From contig NC_135909.1 in the NCBI RefSeq assembly GCF_964194155.1, positions 11,408,001 through 11,472,000 on the forward strand: a DNA stretch of 64,000 bases, in the 5' to 3' direction. Each line of letters starts with the position of its first letter. Within the stretch, counting starts at the first letter, position 1. This stretch comes from Cetorhinus maximus. Its lineage: Eukaryota. The notes beneath the pieces were generated by a model that did not search any database, was not told where the DNA came from, and saw only the letters and a program-made list of their open reading frames with translations. This document shows, one piece after another, positions 1-13,314 of this stretch. A program made the position numbers and the translations under genes.

Positions 1-700
1 TTCTCAGCCTGTTTCTGAGAGTGTGAAATTAACCCTCCATTGATCAGTCTGTTATTGTGACTGTGAATTAACTTTCAATCTATCAATCTCTGTCACGTGT
101 GTAAGTGCGGATTTAGGTTTCTATCCAATCGTGACGGTTACTGTAGGTGAGTGTGAAATTAACTCTTTGTATGATAACCTGATTCTGTAGGTGAATTTGG
201 AATTAACTCTGTCAGTTTCTGTTACTGTATTGGACCATGGAAATAACTCTTTCAGGCTCTGTTACTTCAAGAAAGTTAATTTCACACTCACCATCTGTCA
301 ATCTGTGTTACTGTATATGAGTGCGACATTAACTCTCAGTCTCTGTTATGGAGTGAGGAATTAAATCTCAATCGTTTAGTCTCTGGTGCTTTCTGTGGGT
401 GTGGAATTCACATCTTACATGTCAACCTCTGTTACTGTACATGAATGTGGAATTAATTCTGTACCTGTCAGTCTCAGTTATGCCGAGTGTGGTATTCACT
501 CTCCGTCAGAATCAGTGACTGTGAGTGAGTGTGAAATTAAATTTCTGTTAGTTTTGGTTGCTGTGTGTGATTGTGGAATTATCATCCTGTCAATGTCTGT
601 TTCTGTATGTGAGTGTGAATAAAGAGTCTAATAATCTGAATTACAGCATGTATGTGGAATTAAATTTTTGTCAGTCAGTCTCTGTTGCTGAGTGTGGACA
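1..700 (+). repeat. Degenerate ~40-44 bp TG-rich satellite (approx. consensus tgtgtgagtgtggaattaactctctgtcagtctctgttac)
   Basis: gagtgtg(g/a)aatt...ctgtcagtctctgttactgt recurs about every 40 bp; the same family fills intergenic space across the window. Confidence 0.7.
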
Positions 701-1639
701 GGGTAGACAGGAAGACTTTTTTTCCCCATTGGTGGAAAGGTGGAGAAAGAGAGGGCGCAGATTTAAGGTAATTGGCAAATTAACCAATGACATCATGAGG
801 AAAAACCTTGTTCATGCAGCGAGTGGCTAAGAGAAGTGCCTGGGATTGTGGGGAGGCAGAGTCAATCGAAACATTCAAGAGGGAATTGGATTATCAAAAA
901 AGGAAAAATGTGCAGGGCTATGTGGAAAAGGTGGTGAAGTGGCAAGAGGTGAACTGCTCCTTCAGAAGGCCAGCATAGACATAATGGGCAGAAAGGCCTC
1001 CTTCTGTGTTGTAATCATTCTATGTTTCAATGAATTAACTCTCTGTCAATCTCTCTTACAGTATACGTGTGTGGGTGGAATTCACTCTGTCTGTCACTCT
1101 CTACTATTGTATATTAATGTGAAATTTACTCCCCGTCAGTCTCTGTTACTGTACAGGAAACAGTTAATAACATTTGATCAGAAATGGATGGGCCCTACTG
1201 TTCTCAAAAGTGCTCATGGTTAAACGCATCAGCTTCTCCTCTCTCTACTCTCCAGTTCAAAGTCAGCCCACAGGAACATACCTTCAAAGTAAGCGAGGAA
1301 CGACTTCCACGTCCAACATCCATTCTGATTCCAAGGGTTGTTCATTTCTCAGTTTGTGTTTCTGGCCTTGGTTTTGTGAGCGACACCAGCAATAATTCAC
1401 TGACAAAATCATGTGGATACTGGAAATCTGAAATAAAGAGTGAAAATGCTGGAAATACACAGCACCTCAGGCAGCATCTGTGGAGAAAGAAAAAGAGTTC
1501 ACATTTCGGTTCACTGACATTCAGCCTGCAATAAAACACTTACTAACATCTGCTCATGGTGACTGCAGATCCCGCAATTCCCTGCATCCCAGAAACCGCT
1601 CTATCAAATGCACTGACTTCCCCGGGTATTCTGAGGTCG

Positions 1640-2070
1640 AACTTTTACCACTGCTACTTGCCTGCCTATTCCACCAACCTTCCTATGTCCTTTAGAAGTT
1701 TAACACTATCCTCCTCACAGTTCACAATACCTCCAACTTTCATTCACAAATTTTGAAACGGTGTCCCGTACACCCAGGTCCAGGTCATTAACATATAACA
1801 TATAAGAGCAGGGGTCCAAACACCGACCCCTGGGTAACTCCACTATAAACTTTCCTCCAGTCTGAAAAACAACAATTCACCACTACCCTCTGTTTCCTGT
1901 CACTCAGCCAATCCCATATCCATGTTGCTCTGTCCCTTTCATTCCATAAGCTGTAACTTTGTTCACAAGTCTGTTGTGTGAGGCTTTATCAAATGCCTTT
2001 TGGAAATCCATGTAAAGCACATGAACAGCATCACCCTCCCCAACCCTCTCTGTTACCGCATCAAAGACTC
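1640..2070 (-). mobile_element. CR1-type LINE RT fragment
   Basis: ttatcaaatgccttttggaaatccatgta is the reverse complement of a YMDFQKAFDK-type RT motif. Confidence 0.65.
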
Positions 2071-2400
2071 GGTACAAACGGGAGAAGAAACCGGGAAGCG
2101 GCGGCTGGGATGAGGGAGGCGCTGCACCACCGGCTTCATGGTGCTGTCCTCCGGGTCCCTCTCCGCACGTCCGCCGGACCCGGCGGCTCTGATTCAGGCT
2201 CTGAGAGCCGCTGAAACTCGGTGTTACTGAGGCTGCGCTCGATCACGAGCAGCTCCCTGTTGCTGTACCGCGCATGCTCGGCGCAGAAAGGATTTCCGAT
2301 GTTTGACGTGCCAGTTCCTGCGCCTGCGCAGTGCGGTCCCCCTGGTATAGATAGGCCGTTTTATCTCCCCCAGCGCATTCTGGGAAGCGATGTCCGCCAT
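2070..2400. promoter_or_regulatory. CpG-rich promoter-like segment with NRF1-like GCGCATG/TGCGCA motifs; paralogue at ~27360-27610
   Basis: High CpG density; cgcgcatgctcggcgcag near 2269 and tgcgcctgcgcag near 2319. Confidence 0.45.
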
Positions 2401-2879
2401 TTCCCTATAAACTTGAACGCAGTGGCAAGCATTTGTGCTCAACCTTTTTGTGCAAACTCTTTTGTACCAAATGAGCCACACTCCCCTTATCCTTTTGAAT
2501 AGCCCTAAAAAAATTTCCCTTTTGTAGTTGTTCGTTTCACTTTTGAAAGTTTATATTGAATCTGCTTCCACCATCCTTTGCGGCAGAGCATTCAACTCAC
2601 AGCAACTCGCTACCTTCTAGATAAATGACAAAGGATGATCCATTCAATGTGGAGGGTGGTGGGGAGGAAGGTGAAGACAAGGGGAAGACTATCGGAATCC
2701 TGGGAGAGAGGGAATTGGTGGGAACAGCGGTCGCGAAAAGGAACAAAAATGGTTGGGGGCCCTGTCAATCGCAGAGAGGAGAGAAAATCAGTTGAGGAAA
2801 AAAGGAAGATAAATTAGCCGTGTTGGTATGGGATATTATCTCTCCTCACCAAAACAATTATTCCAGGTGAAACAGTGTT

Positions 2880-3350
2880 TTAAGTGCACTTTCTTCAATT
2901 TACTACCCCGTATTCACTGCTCACAATGTGATCTGCTCTACATTGGAAAGATTGAGTGATTGCTTTGTGGAAGCTCTGATCACTCTGCGAGCATGACACC
3001 GAGTTTCCGAACACATGTCATTTTAAGTTTCCATCTTGTCCTCGGCATCTTGCAGTGTTCTTATTAATCTCAATGTAAGCTCGAGGAATGGTATCTCATC
3101 TTTCAATTGAGCACTTTAAACCCTTCCAACCTCAATACTGAGTATAGCAATTTGAGGGGGAATCTCAATCCCCATTGTGTATCATTTAAATTGGATGTTT
3201 TGCTTTAGTTCACATCTTTCTCTTGATTTAGCATGGCAGCTGTTCATCATCATTCACACCTCTTTTGAACACATCTTTGGTTTTGTTACTTGTCCACATA
3301 TCTGAGCCTTGCACCATCAACTGTTTTGTCATTTAATCTCTTCTTCCTCC
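2880..3350 (+). mobile_element. Degenerate Penelope-like GIY-YIG/3' fragment
   Basis: tgctcacaatgtgatctgctctacattgga resembles the CxxCxxLYIG motif of the better-preserved copy at 32255-32578. Confidence 0.55.
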
Positions 3351-4201
3351 ACCCTGATTTGGAAACCACAAGAGAAAGGGTTATACTAGATTCAGTAATA
3401 AGTAACGAGAGAGAATTAATTAATCTTCTGACAGTAAATTAGCATCTAACAATGAGTGACAACAATGCGTTAGAGGCAAAGAAACGTCACAGAAATGTGA
3501 TAACTTTCACCTTAGTTAATGAAAATAAGGGCAGAATGAGCAGGAAACTGAACGCATTAACTTCCAAACAACTACTAACAGGCAAAAGGAAACAATCAGA
3601 GACACTCAAAGGAGTTTTTAGTGCATTATGTATCTGATGCAAGGCCGAAGGAAGGAAACTTCACTTTCTCTGTTCACGGTGATTACGGAACTGAATTCCA
3701 CGTTTAAAACCTGTAATTAAGCAGGAATGTCGATATCTGTCCTAATAATGATTAACTGTCTTTGACATGATGCTGTCTTCACGATTATGGCACTTCATTT
3801 CTTTTCGATGCTACATGTCACCGTGAGGAAGCAGTTGTCCAAATTAGAATGATGAATTACTGCAGGGTATTATATAGATCAGAAGTACTAATAAATATAA
3901 ACTTCACTATATTGTTTCCATCTCAGAAATTTCCGATTCAGATAACTTTGGAGTGATATTGAACGAGAAAAAAACATTCAGACTGTGCCAGCTCTTCGCG
4001 AGAAATGGGCTGACAGAAAGTCTCTGCTGGTGTGTGTTTGCAGCATTTGCCGCTATTGTCCCAGTGTGAATAAAAGGAATTTGAGAAGTTTGTTGCAGAT
4101 TTAAGTGTTTATGGGAAACGGAAATCCAATGCTGTAAACCGTAAAGATAAATAAGAGAAGCTTGTCGTAGCAGCCAATGTCTCTTTAAGTTAGACCATAA
4201 A

Positions 4202-4273
4202 TAGCAGAGGATGGTTTCGATCCATTGACCTCTGGGTTATGGGCCCAGCACGCTTCCGCTGCGCCACTCTGCT
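4202..4273 (-). tRNA. tRNA-iMet (CAT), one T-stem mismatch
   Basis: Reverse complement matches the vertebrate initiator tRNA AGCAGAGTGGCGCAGCGGAAGCGTGCTGGGCCCATAACCCAGAGGTCGATGGATCGAAACCATCCTCTGCTA at 71/72 positions (G>A at the first T-stem pair). Confidence 0.93.
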
Positions 4274-4569
4274 TCATAAAAATATTGGGTGCTGAATATC
4301 AGTGTTGTGTGTTAGGGAAATAAGTAATCACTTGCTTTGTGTATTTTGGGCTAGAATACATCTGTTGGGAGGATTAACTTAGCTACATATTTCTACTGAG
4401 TAACGCCAGAAACAGACAAACACATACAGAAAGGCAACAAGAGACTGTCAGGATACACAAGGTGACAGAGAAAGATGCCGAGCAAATTAGCAAGACACTG
4501 AGATGGAGAGACTGATCACTTATGTAAAGCTGTTCCTTGCTGCACAGAGTTCTCCCCTGTTTGTAAATA

Positions 4570-4965
4570 TGCTTCCCGTTGTGTAACTGTGCTCTCTGTT
4601 GTGTAACTGCTCTCTGTTGTATAACTGTGCTCTCTGCTGTGGAACTGTGCACTCTGCTGTGGAACTGTGCTCTCTGCTGTGTAACTGTGCTCTCTGTTGT
4701 ATAACTATGCTCTCTGTTGTGTAACTGCTCTCTGTTGTATAACTGTGCTCTCTGCTGTGGAACTGTGCTCTCTGCTGTGGAACTGTGCTCTCTGCTGTGT
4801 AACTGTGCCCTCTGTCATGTAACTGCGCTCTTTGATGTGTAACTGCGCCCCTATTGTGTAACTGTGGCCCCTGTTGTTTAACTGTGCTCTCTGTTGTGTA
4901 ATTGTGTTCTCTGTCATGTTACTTTGTTCTCTGTTGAGTAACATTCCTTTCTGTTATGTAACAGT
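4570..4965. repeat. Minisatellite, ~20 bp unit aactgtgctctctg(c/t)tgt(g/a)(t/g), about 19 copies
   Basis: Tandem periodicity directly visible; inverted remnant at ~29660-29770. Confidence 0.9.
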
Positions 4966-4989
4966 GCCCCCTGCCCACTGCCCCCTGCT

Positions 4990-7785
4990 CCAGGGAGCAG
5001 ACTCGGAGTGAGGAGCACCAGAGCGGTGACCTCGGGGTACAGAGTAACTGAAGCCAAAACTGAAAAAGTGTTGTCACAGGAAAGCTGCGACCTGATTGTT
5101 TGGTAGGAAATCTGCACCAAATTTGAAAAAAAACTGCAATGCTAATTAATAAATTAATTAACTAATTCGAGATGACTGGAAGGTGATGTGCTGTAGCAGT
5201 TCCATGTGGGAGCTGGCAGATCCCATTGCGAGCCGCAGTGAGCACATCTGCAGCAAGTGTTGGTTGCTCGAGGAACTCCGGCTCAGAATTGATGAGCTGG
5301 AGTCAGAGCTCCAGATGGGAGGGGGAGAGTTACCTGGACGCTTTGTTTCAGGAGGCGGTCACATCCGCTATATTAAGTACCTCAAATTCGGTCAGTGTCA
5401 TGGTCAGCAGGGTGTGACTTGCAAGTGAGGTAGGTAGCGGGATCCTGTGTTCAGGAACAGAGGAGACTCAGCTCTTGACCTTGTCCATTAGGTACGAGGT
5501 ACTTGCTCCCTGTGTGGATGAGGAACAGGGCTGTAGGGAGGATGAGGCAGCTGACCACGGCCGTTCAAGTGGGGGGAGCAAAAAGACAAGTGGTAGTTGT
5601 AGGGGATTCTATAATTAGGGGAATTGATAGCATCCTTTGTATGCAGGATTGAGAGTCCCGCATGATATGTTGCCTGCCCGGTGCCAGGGTGAGGGACATC
5701 TCTGACCGGCTTGAAAGGATATTGGAGATGGAATAGGAGGATCCAGTTGTTGTGGTCCACGTCGGGACAAATAACATAGGTAAGACTTGGAAAGAGGACC
5801 TGTTTTGGGATTATCAGGAACTAGGAACAAAATTAAAGAACAGGTTCTCAAGGGTTATAATCTCCGGATTACTACCCAAGCCACGTGCAAATTGGCATAG
5901 GGGCGCGAGAATAAGGGAAGTAAACACGTGACTAAAGGAGTGGTGTGGGAAAGAGGGGTTCCATTTCGTGGGGCACTGGCATCAGTATTGGAACATGAGG
6001 GATCTGTACCTTTGGGACGGTCTCCACCTGAACCGATCTGCGACCAATGTTCTAGCGAAAAGGGTAAATAGGGTGGTCAACAGGACTTTATTCTAGAAAG
6101 TGGGGGGGAAGGGAAGGGTAAAACTCCAAGAAGTCTGACTAATGGGAAACAAAGCAGCAGGTTAGCGTATGGGGGATTGAACTTCACGGAAAATTATGAA
6201 AAAACTGAAAAGAAAGCAAAGCCCAGGAGAGGCTATTAAAGTGTCCAGAACACAATATGGGGCAGAGTGTTTGGAAAGGGTTAGGAATCTAACTTCAAGC
6301 ACATCAGATAAAGGGACGACAATGAGAAGGGGGATGGGAAATACAGGACTGAATGTGCTGTATCTGAATGCACGCAGTATACGAAATAAGGTAAATGGGC
6401 TTGTGGCGCAGTTTGAAATTGACAGGTATGATGTGGTGGGCATCACGGAGACATAGCTGCAAGGGGATCAGGACTGGGAGCTAAATATCCAAGGGTATAC
6501 ATCTTATCGAAAAGATAGGCAGGTTGGCAGACGGTGTGGGGTTGCTTTGTTAGTAAGAAATGAAAATAAATCGACAGCAAGAAACGACGTAGGGTCAGAT
6601 GATGTAGAATCTGTGTGGGTAGAGTTGAGGAACCACAAAGGTTAAAAACAAATGCGTAATGGGAGTTATGTACAGGCCTCCGAACAGTAGTCAGGATGTG
6701 GGGCACAAGATACACCAGGAGATAGAAAAGGCGTGTAAGAAAGGCAAGGTTACAGTGATCATGGGGGGTTTCAATATGCAGGTAGACAGGGAAAATCAGG
6801 TTGGTAGTGGATAGCAAGAAAAGGAATTTGTGGAATGTCTACGCGATCGCTTTTTGGAGCAGCTTCTGGTGGAGCCCACTAGGGAACAGGCAATTCTCGA
6901 TTTAGTGATGTATGAGGCAGATTTGATAAGGGAGCTTAAGGTGAGGGAGGAAGTGACCATCATATGATAGAATTTACCCTGCAATTTGAGAGGAAAAAGC
7001 TGGAATCAGATATAACGGTATTACAGTTGAATAAAGGCAACTACAGAGGCATGAGGGAGGAGCTGGCCAGAATTGACTGGGAGATGAGCCTAGCAGGATA
7101 GACAGTTACAACAGCAATGGCAGGAGTTTCTGGGAGTAATTTGGGAGACACAGCAAAAATTAATCCCTAGGAAGAAGAAGCATACTAAAGGGAGGACGAG
7201 GCAACCATGTCTGACAAAGGAAGTCAGGCACAGCATAAAAGCTAAAGAGAAAGCATACAATGCGGCGAAGAGCAGTGGGAAGCCAGGGGTTTGGGAAGCC
7301 TACAAAGACCAACAGAGTGCAAGTAAAAAAGAAATAAGGAGGGAGAAGATTAAATATGAGGTTAAACTAGACAGTAATATAAAAGAAGATTGCAAGAGCT
7401 TTTTTTAGATATATAAAGGGTAAGAGAGAGGCAAAAGTGGACATTGGGCCGCTGGAAAATGACACTGGAGAAGTAGTAGTGGGGAACAAAGAAATGGCAG
7501 AGGAACTGAATAGGTACTTTGCGTCAGTCTTCACGGTGGAAGACACGAGTAACATCCTCAAAGTTAAAGAGCGTCAGGGGGCAGAGGTGAGTATGGTGGC
7601 TATTATCAAGGAGAAGGTGCTAGGAAAACTGAAAGGTCTGGAGGTGGATAAATCACCTGGACCAGATGGATTACACCCCAGAGTTCTGAAGGAGATAGCT
7701 GAAGAGATAGTGGGGGCGTCAGTGGTGATCTTTCAGGAATCTTTGGAGTCAGGGAGGTTTCCCAGAGGACTGGAAAATCGCTAAT
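4990..7785 (+). mobile_element. CR1 LINE, 3'-truncated and decayed (ORF1 with Cys/coiled-coil and SGNH esterase; ORF2 APE and linker)
   Basis: ORF pieces HICSKCWLLEELRLRIDELESEL, VVVVGDS, LYLNARSIRNK...VGITET, DKSPGPDGLHPRVLKE; stops and frameshifts. Confidence 0.9.
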
Positions 7786-8419
7786 AAGAACTTCTTGCCA
7801 TTCTGTCTCCCTCCTCCCAGAAGGCTGCTGTTTGTTCCCTTCCCCCGGGACTGTGGTCTCTCCAGTGGCGGCTCTTCCTGTCCCAGGTCGAACAGGGGGA
7901 GAGCAGCGTGCATGCGCTCTTCTGCTCACCGCACCCCCACCTCCCACCGGTCCTCACGCCCCACCCCAGTTCAGCTCTGGTGGGGGATTGGAATGACGCA
8001 TGCGCAGAAATCTACAACATCGCATGAAACTATTTTGTTTGGAAATGTTCTCCAAGTCACTTTTATCCGAGATTCAGCAAAAGACCTGGAGCTTATGAGG
8101 AGGAAACGATGAGAACTGCGACTTGCCCCTGCAAGAAACTCATTCTGGGATCTTTCTTTGCAGGCTGTTTGGTGTTCAGGGGCCCGTCTTCACAAAGCAA
8201 TCCTGCAGAATCACTGGAGGAAGCCGGGAATCGGGGTGTTTGCTGGGACCGTGAATGAGTTAATATCAGACAGGAACTCTCCAGATTCATTTAATCCAAG
8301 TGAAACACTCGCTGGGAGTAATATCCAACGGCCCTGAGCTGCAGGGAGTACAACAGGGAAGAGAGGGTTAAACATGGGCCATTGTTTCTCACTCACTGAC
8401 ACTGTCATCGAGTTATACA

Positions 8420-9180
8420 GTCACAGAGTCATGGAGACATTACTGCTCAGAAGGAGGTCATTCGGCCCATCCAATCCATACTGCCTGTCTGTAGAATAAT
8501 CCAGTCATCCTATTCTCCTGCTCTATCCCTGCGACTTTATTGCCCATAGGAGCCCACGCAATTTCCGTTTGAAATCTCCGTTTCCACAATGCCCATAGGG
8601 ATCAAGATCCAGGTCATTACCTGGAGAGTAACAAAGTTCTTGCACACATCCCCCCTGCACATCTTGTCTTAACTTTTAAATCCGTGTCCATTAATCCTTC
8701 TACCCTCAGCTCATGGGAACAGTTTTCCTTTGTTTACCTGATCTAAACCTATTATAATCTTGCACAACTCTCTGAGACCTCCCCTCAATTTCGTTTTCTT
8801 CAAGTAGAGCGGCTTCAGATTCTCCAACCAACCTTGCAGCTATAACCCCTCATCCCTGGAACTATTCTAGTAAATCTCCTTTGCACCATCTCAAAGACCC
8901 TCACATCCTTCCAAAAGTGTGGTGACCAGAAATGGACACAATACTCTAGTTGCAGCCTAAACAAAGCTTTATAAAGGTTAAACATAACGTTCCTGCTTTA
9001 ATGCTCAGTACCTCTGTTGATGAAATCAAGGATCCCATCTGCTTTCCTAACTACTCTCTCAAAATCTCCTGTCACCTACAAAGATCTAAAGATTTTCGGG
9101 CCCGCTGACCCTGCACACTTTTTAGAACGGGAACATTAAGTTTATGCCTCCTCTCCCTATCTCTTCTGTCAAACCACAGC
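8420..9180 (-). mobile_element. CR1-type LINE 3' fragment
   Basis: Reverse-complemented ORF2 C-terminus and tail (ggtgaccagaaatggacacaatactc; ggtcattcggccc). Confidence 0.6.
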
Positions 9181-9730
9181 ACTGTTCGTGAGTGTGGGAT
9201 TAATAATGTGTCTCTGCTACAGTATCAGTGAGAACTGAGGTTGCAGCTTCTGCCTCTCCAGGAGAAATTTTATGGATGGAATCATAATTTACAGGGATTT
9301 CTGCAACTGATGGATATATTGTCTGGTCGCCTGAGTCTCACCGTCCTCACTCACTCTGTCTCTGTCTATCCCTCCAGCCCCTCTCTATTGAATTCCATAT
9401 GAAGGAGAGGCACTGTTGTTTAGTGGCTGAGTGCACACAATCTGTATCTTCAAATGATCAAAAATAAGTCTGCTTGTGAACAAGACAATAATTTAAACCA
9501 GTTACGGGTTAACCCTGTGATTTGCTGCAGTCTCCTGAATGTGGGGAACAGACACTGTGAGCAGCTCCGGTCTCAGAGGGTTTAACAGTTACTGAGCTGG
9601 GAAAATACAACTAATCCCCGAGAATCCACAGCACAGGCCGAGAGGAGAGGAAAGCCTGTCCTGGGAGCTGTAAATCTGAGACACAGTTTGTCCTGTCAAT
9701 GTGTAGATGTGAACATTGTATCAGCGAGAG

Positions 9731-10200
9731 TGTGTTAAAGGGGCGGGCGGGTTAGACTAATGTCACTGTGTTTGTGTGTCCGGCCTCAGCGCCAGATTTC
9801 CGAGTCATTCTTGTATAAAATCACAAGATTTCCCTGTAATTGGATCGCGATGCTCCCCTGCTCAGCCCTGAAGAGAGAATTTAAGGCAAAGTTTGCGTTA
9901 ATTTCAAGATTTCAGTGGAAACACAGAGAAGAAGTCAGCGCTCGGCTAAGAGGTCGCGATCAAAGCAGCAAAGAAACGGGTTTAAATCGAAATTGCTGCA
10001 TTTAATTCGGATGGAACATTCTCGACAACAAACATTCGGATTTTGTTAACAGAAGGAAGCGAGTGTGGGAATCTGAAATGTCCAATTTGAAGTGGAATTG
10101 GGGAGTTTATGAGGAGAGAGAAACACAGAGAGGCTGGAGGAGCCGGGAGCTGACAGCAGGTTGTCTCTGCCCCGTCCGCTCTCTGTCTTTAAGTTGCTCT
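9731..10200 (+). promoter_or_regulatory. H1 promoter: TG box TGTGTTA (9731-9737), H1/AC box AAACACA (10121-10127), weak TATA
   Basis: Exact H1-specific motifs upstream of the H1 ATG. Confidence 0.7.
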
Positions 10201-10271
10201 GAGCCGCCACCACTGGTTTCATTTCTGATCTAGTTCTGACTGTCAGAGAGATTTTCCACACAGTCTCGGAT

Positions 10272-10940
10272 ATGACTGATACTGCAGCCGCCGAAACGGC
10301 TCCTCCAGCCGCTGCTGCTCAAGTCAAATCTCCCAAGAAGAAGAAGGCGGCTTCCCGATCGAAGGCAGCCGGTCCCAAGTTAGGCGAACAGATCCTCAAG
10401 ATTGTGGCGGGTTGCAGCGATCGCAAGGGGATGTCCCTGGCCGCGATAAAGAAAGCTTTGTCTGGCAGCGGTGTCGATGTGGGGAAGCTCGGCTCCCAGA
10501 TCAGGCTAAGTATCAGGAGGAAGGTGGAGAGCGGCTCCCTGGTGCAGGTAAAGGGACAGGGCGCCTCCGGCTCCTTCAAAATCCCTAAGAAGGAATCCCA
10601 GGGGAAAGTGGGAAAGAAGGAGAAGAAACCAACAGCCAAGAAATCTTTAGTCAAGAAACCAGCGGCCAAGAAGGTGAAAACAAAGAAACCAGCAGCTAAG
10701 AAATCTCCAGCCAGGAAAGTAGCAGCCAAGAAATCCCCAGCGAAGAAAGCAACAGTCAAGAAAACAAGCAGCAAGAAGGCGGCAACTCCAAAAAAGGCGG
10801 TGAAGAAAGCAGCGCTGAAGAAAAAATCTCCCGCCAAGAAGGTGACGGGCGGAAAGGCTTTAAAAAAAGTGGATAAATCGAAGGCCAAGCCCAAAGTGAA
10901 AGCAGCAAAGGCTAAGAAAGCAGCGTCAGGAAAGAAATGA
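10272..10940 (+). CDS. H1: Linker histone H1 (222 aa)
   Basis: Globular domain (RKGMSLAAIKKAL...SLVQVKGQGASGSFK), Lys/Ala/Pro tail with SPKK/SPAK/TPKK motifs, intronless, 3' stem-loop. Confidence 0.97.
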   Translation: MTDTAAAETAPPAAAAQVKSPKKKKAASRSKAAGPKLGEQILKIVAGCSDRKGMSLAAIKKALSGSGVDVGKLGSQIRLSIRRKVESGSLVQVKGQGASGSFKIPKKESQGKVGKKEKKPTAKKSLVKKPAAKKVKTKKPAAKKSPARKVAAKKSPAKKATVKKTSSKKAATPKKAVKKAALKKKSPAKKVTGGKALKKVDKSKAKPKVKAAKAKKAASGKK

Positions 10941-10976
10941 AACCAGCCGAGCAAATTGTAAACCTCTGAACCCAAA

Positions 10977-11017
10977 GGCTCTTCTCAGAGCCGCCCACGT
11001 CTCTCAGGAAAGAGCTG
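10977..11017 (+). terminator. Histone 3' stem-loop (10977-10992) and HDE AAAGAGCTG (11009-11017)
   Basis: GGCTCTTCTCAGAGCC. Confidence 0.95.
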
Positions 11018-11758
11018 ATCCCCGAATCAAATGTCCCTGTCCCGGCGCTGGGAGCAGGTTTCACACTGGAATGATTTATATTAAATTGAAATTTCCCGGT
11101 ATCTCACTGACATGCATTATACCCAGCCTCTCCCCCACTCTGCAATAAAACAGAGCGGTGTCCGTGCCCCATTGTAACTGGGGATTTGTTCAGCTGCTCT
11201 GTCAGTTTCTGCTCGTTCCCTTTTCACAGATTCAGGGTGAGAGTGTGTAAGACAGTTACCGGGCGCAGAAACCCCGCGTTACAACTCAAAGCCCAACACA
11301 TGAGTTTGTCTAGTTCAGCTGGAGTGAAGAGTCGATAAACTGCTCAACCCGTCTGGAGGGGAGGTGTGTGGGGATAGAACTGAAGCTGGGAGTGAAGCGG
11401 AAACAGACGGATTTGACAGGGTATGTACTTGGGCGGGAGTAGTACTGAATTTTCTTTGTAAAGCTCTTTATTTAAAAGCTGCGGGTTTCTAGCACCTTTG
11501 AACATGAAGCTCCAATCTATAAGTTTTGTGCCGAGCGCTGTGTTAACTTCCATTGTCGATAATCGAAAAAGAAACGTCGGTTCGAGCAGGCAGGGGGCGG
11601 AGCTGGATTATCAAAGACACCCCTCTGTTCTGTCTGTCACTCAGTCTCCTCACTGCCCCTCCTCTCTCTCTCTGCTCCTTTCTCAGTTAGGTCGGGGCGG
11701 GCTATATAAAAGAGGAGCGTGAAACCGTTCGTCTCTCATACTGCAGCGATCTGATTGA

Positions 11759-12079
<321 letters not shown>

Positions 12080-12113
12080 ACAATTCGACCCTTTCTACTG
12101 AACACACAACAAA

Positions 12114-12129
12114 GGCTCTTTTAAGAGCC
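12114..12129 (+). terminator. Histone 3' stem-loop
   Basis: GGCTCTTTTAAGAGCC followed by ACCCA. Confidence 0.95.
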
Positions 12130-13009
12130 ACCCAACACCTCACAGACAGAGCAGAGACCTGGGAGCGGGAGCTGGGATGGGCTGTGATCGGGAATGTTAG
12201 TGCCTGGTTTGTTCTGGCGGGGAATGTACTGAGAATCTCAGTTTGCTCGTTGTTTATTTACCCGGATGGCACATTCTGCACTGACACTGAAAAGTCTCTC
12301 CACTGCTTCATATTGTCGAAAGGTTTTGTTCTAGATAAATAATGAGTCGGATAGTAATGACAGGATCCGGCGGTTCCTCTGACATCAGCCGTTCAATCCG
12401 TCAGTGGAGTTGAGGTTACAATCAGATCAGCCATGATCTCACTGAATGGCGGAACAGACTCGATGGGCTGAGCGGCCTCCTCCTGCTCCTAATCCCAATA
12501 TTCGCACGGATGTCCGTCAAGACTCAGACCGGGAACAGGGGGAGCTTCGAGCCGCTCCCGTTCCCGCTCTTTATCGGAATGAACAGCCCAGAATGAGGGC
12601 AATGGGAAGGGGTCTGATGCATTCAGCACCGTTTCTATTTTATTACCCATTCCAGCCCTCTAAGCGAGCGGCGATTTTAAAGGTTGGTTGTGCTGTATGG
12701 AGCAATACTCAATTATTATTATATTAACAATTCAGTTATTGCCTGGGAAATTCAGCACTGACTTTACACAGTTCAAACAACAGACTGGTGTTTCTATCCA
12801 AAAATGAGCAGATTCACCAGGATGATGCGGGGTTTACAAATTGCCGGGACAGGTTACATGAACTGGAATTTCATTGGGGTTAGGAAATAGTGAGAGAGAG
12901 TGAAAAATGGTATTTATAATTTTCAAAAAAGGGAAGAACGAAGTCTATTGTCGAGACGGGAAACGGCTGCAAAAAAAGGCGGAATTTTTAAATGGACAAT
13001 TAAAAACAA

Positions 13010-13206
13010 CTCGACCAATGAGGACCAGAGTTGCCAGGGATTAATTCATTGGTTCGATTTTGGACGCAACTGCCTGGGTGGAAGGCTGCAGCCAATTACT
13101 GTTCGGGGCGGTTCCTCACAGAGTCTAAAAAGGCGGATTGTCGAGCAGATTGTATTAATAGTCCTTGTAACTCTGACTGGTGAATCTGTTCAGAAAATGG
13201 TCAGGA
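13010..13206 (+). pseudogene. H3 remnant: promoter (three CCAAT boxes, GC box), 5'UTR and first ~3 codons only
   Basis: Inverted match to the H3 upstream region at 58760-58950; gttcagaaaATGGTCAGGA (ATG 13197) then breaks off. Confidence 0.85.
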
Positions 13207-13314
13207 GAAACTCTAATTCCTCAACTTTCCCCGCTTCTTGCCGCCCTTTGCTACCGGCTTCTTTAAGGCTTTCTTGGCTCCCTTCTTGGGAGCTGGTTTC
13301 TTCTCATCCACCAT
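13204..13314 (-). pseudogene. H2B 5' remnant
   Basis: Translates [33 protein letters not shown]; promoter with ATGCTAAT (13386-13393) retained. Confidence 0.9.

Noticed and set aside
4383-4944. Repetitive Gln-rich ORFs (also 49386-49811)
   Set aside because: Translations of minisatellites
10319-10975. 218 aa antisense ORF (Phe/Ala/Leu-rich)
   Set aside because: Shadow of the Lys/Ala-rich H1 codons
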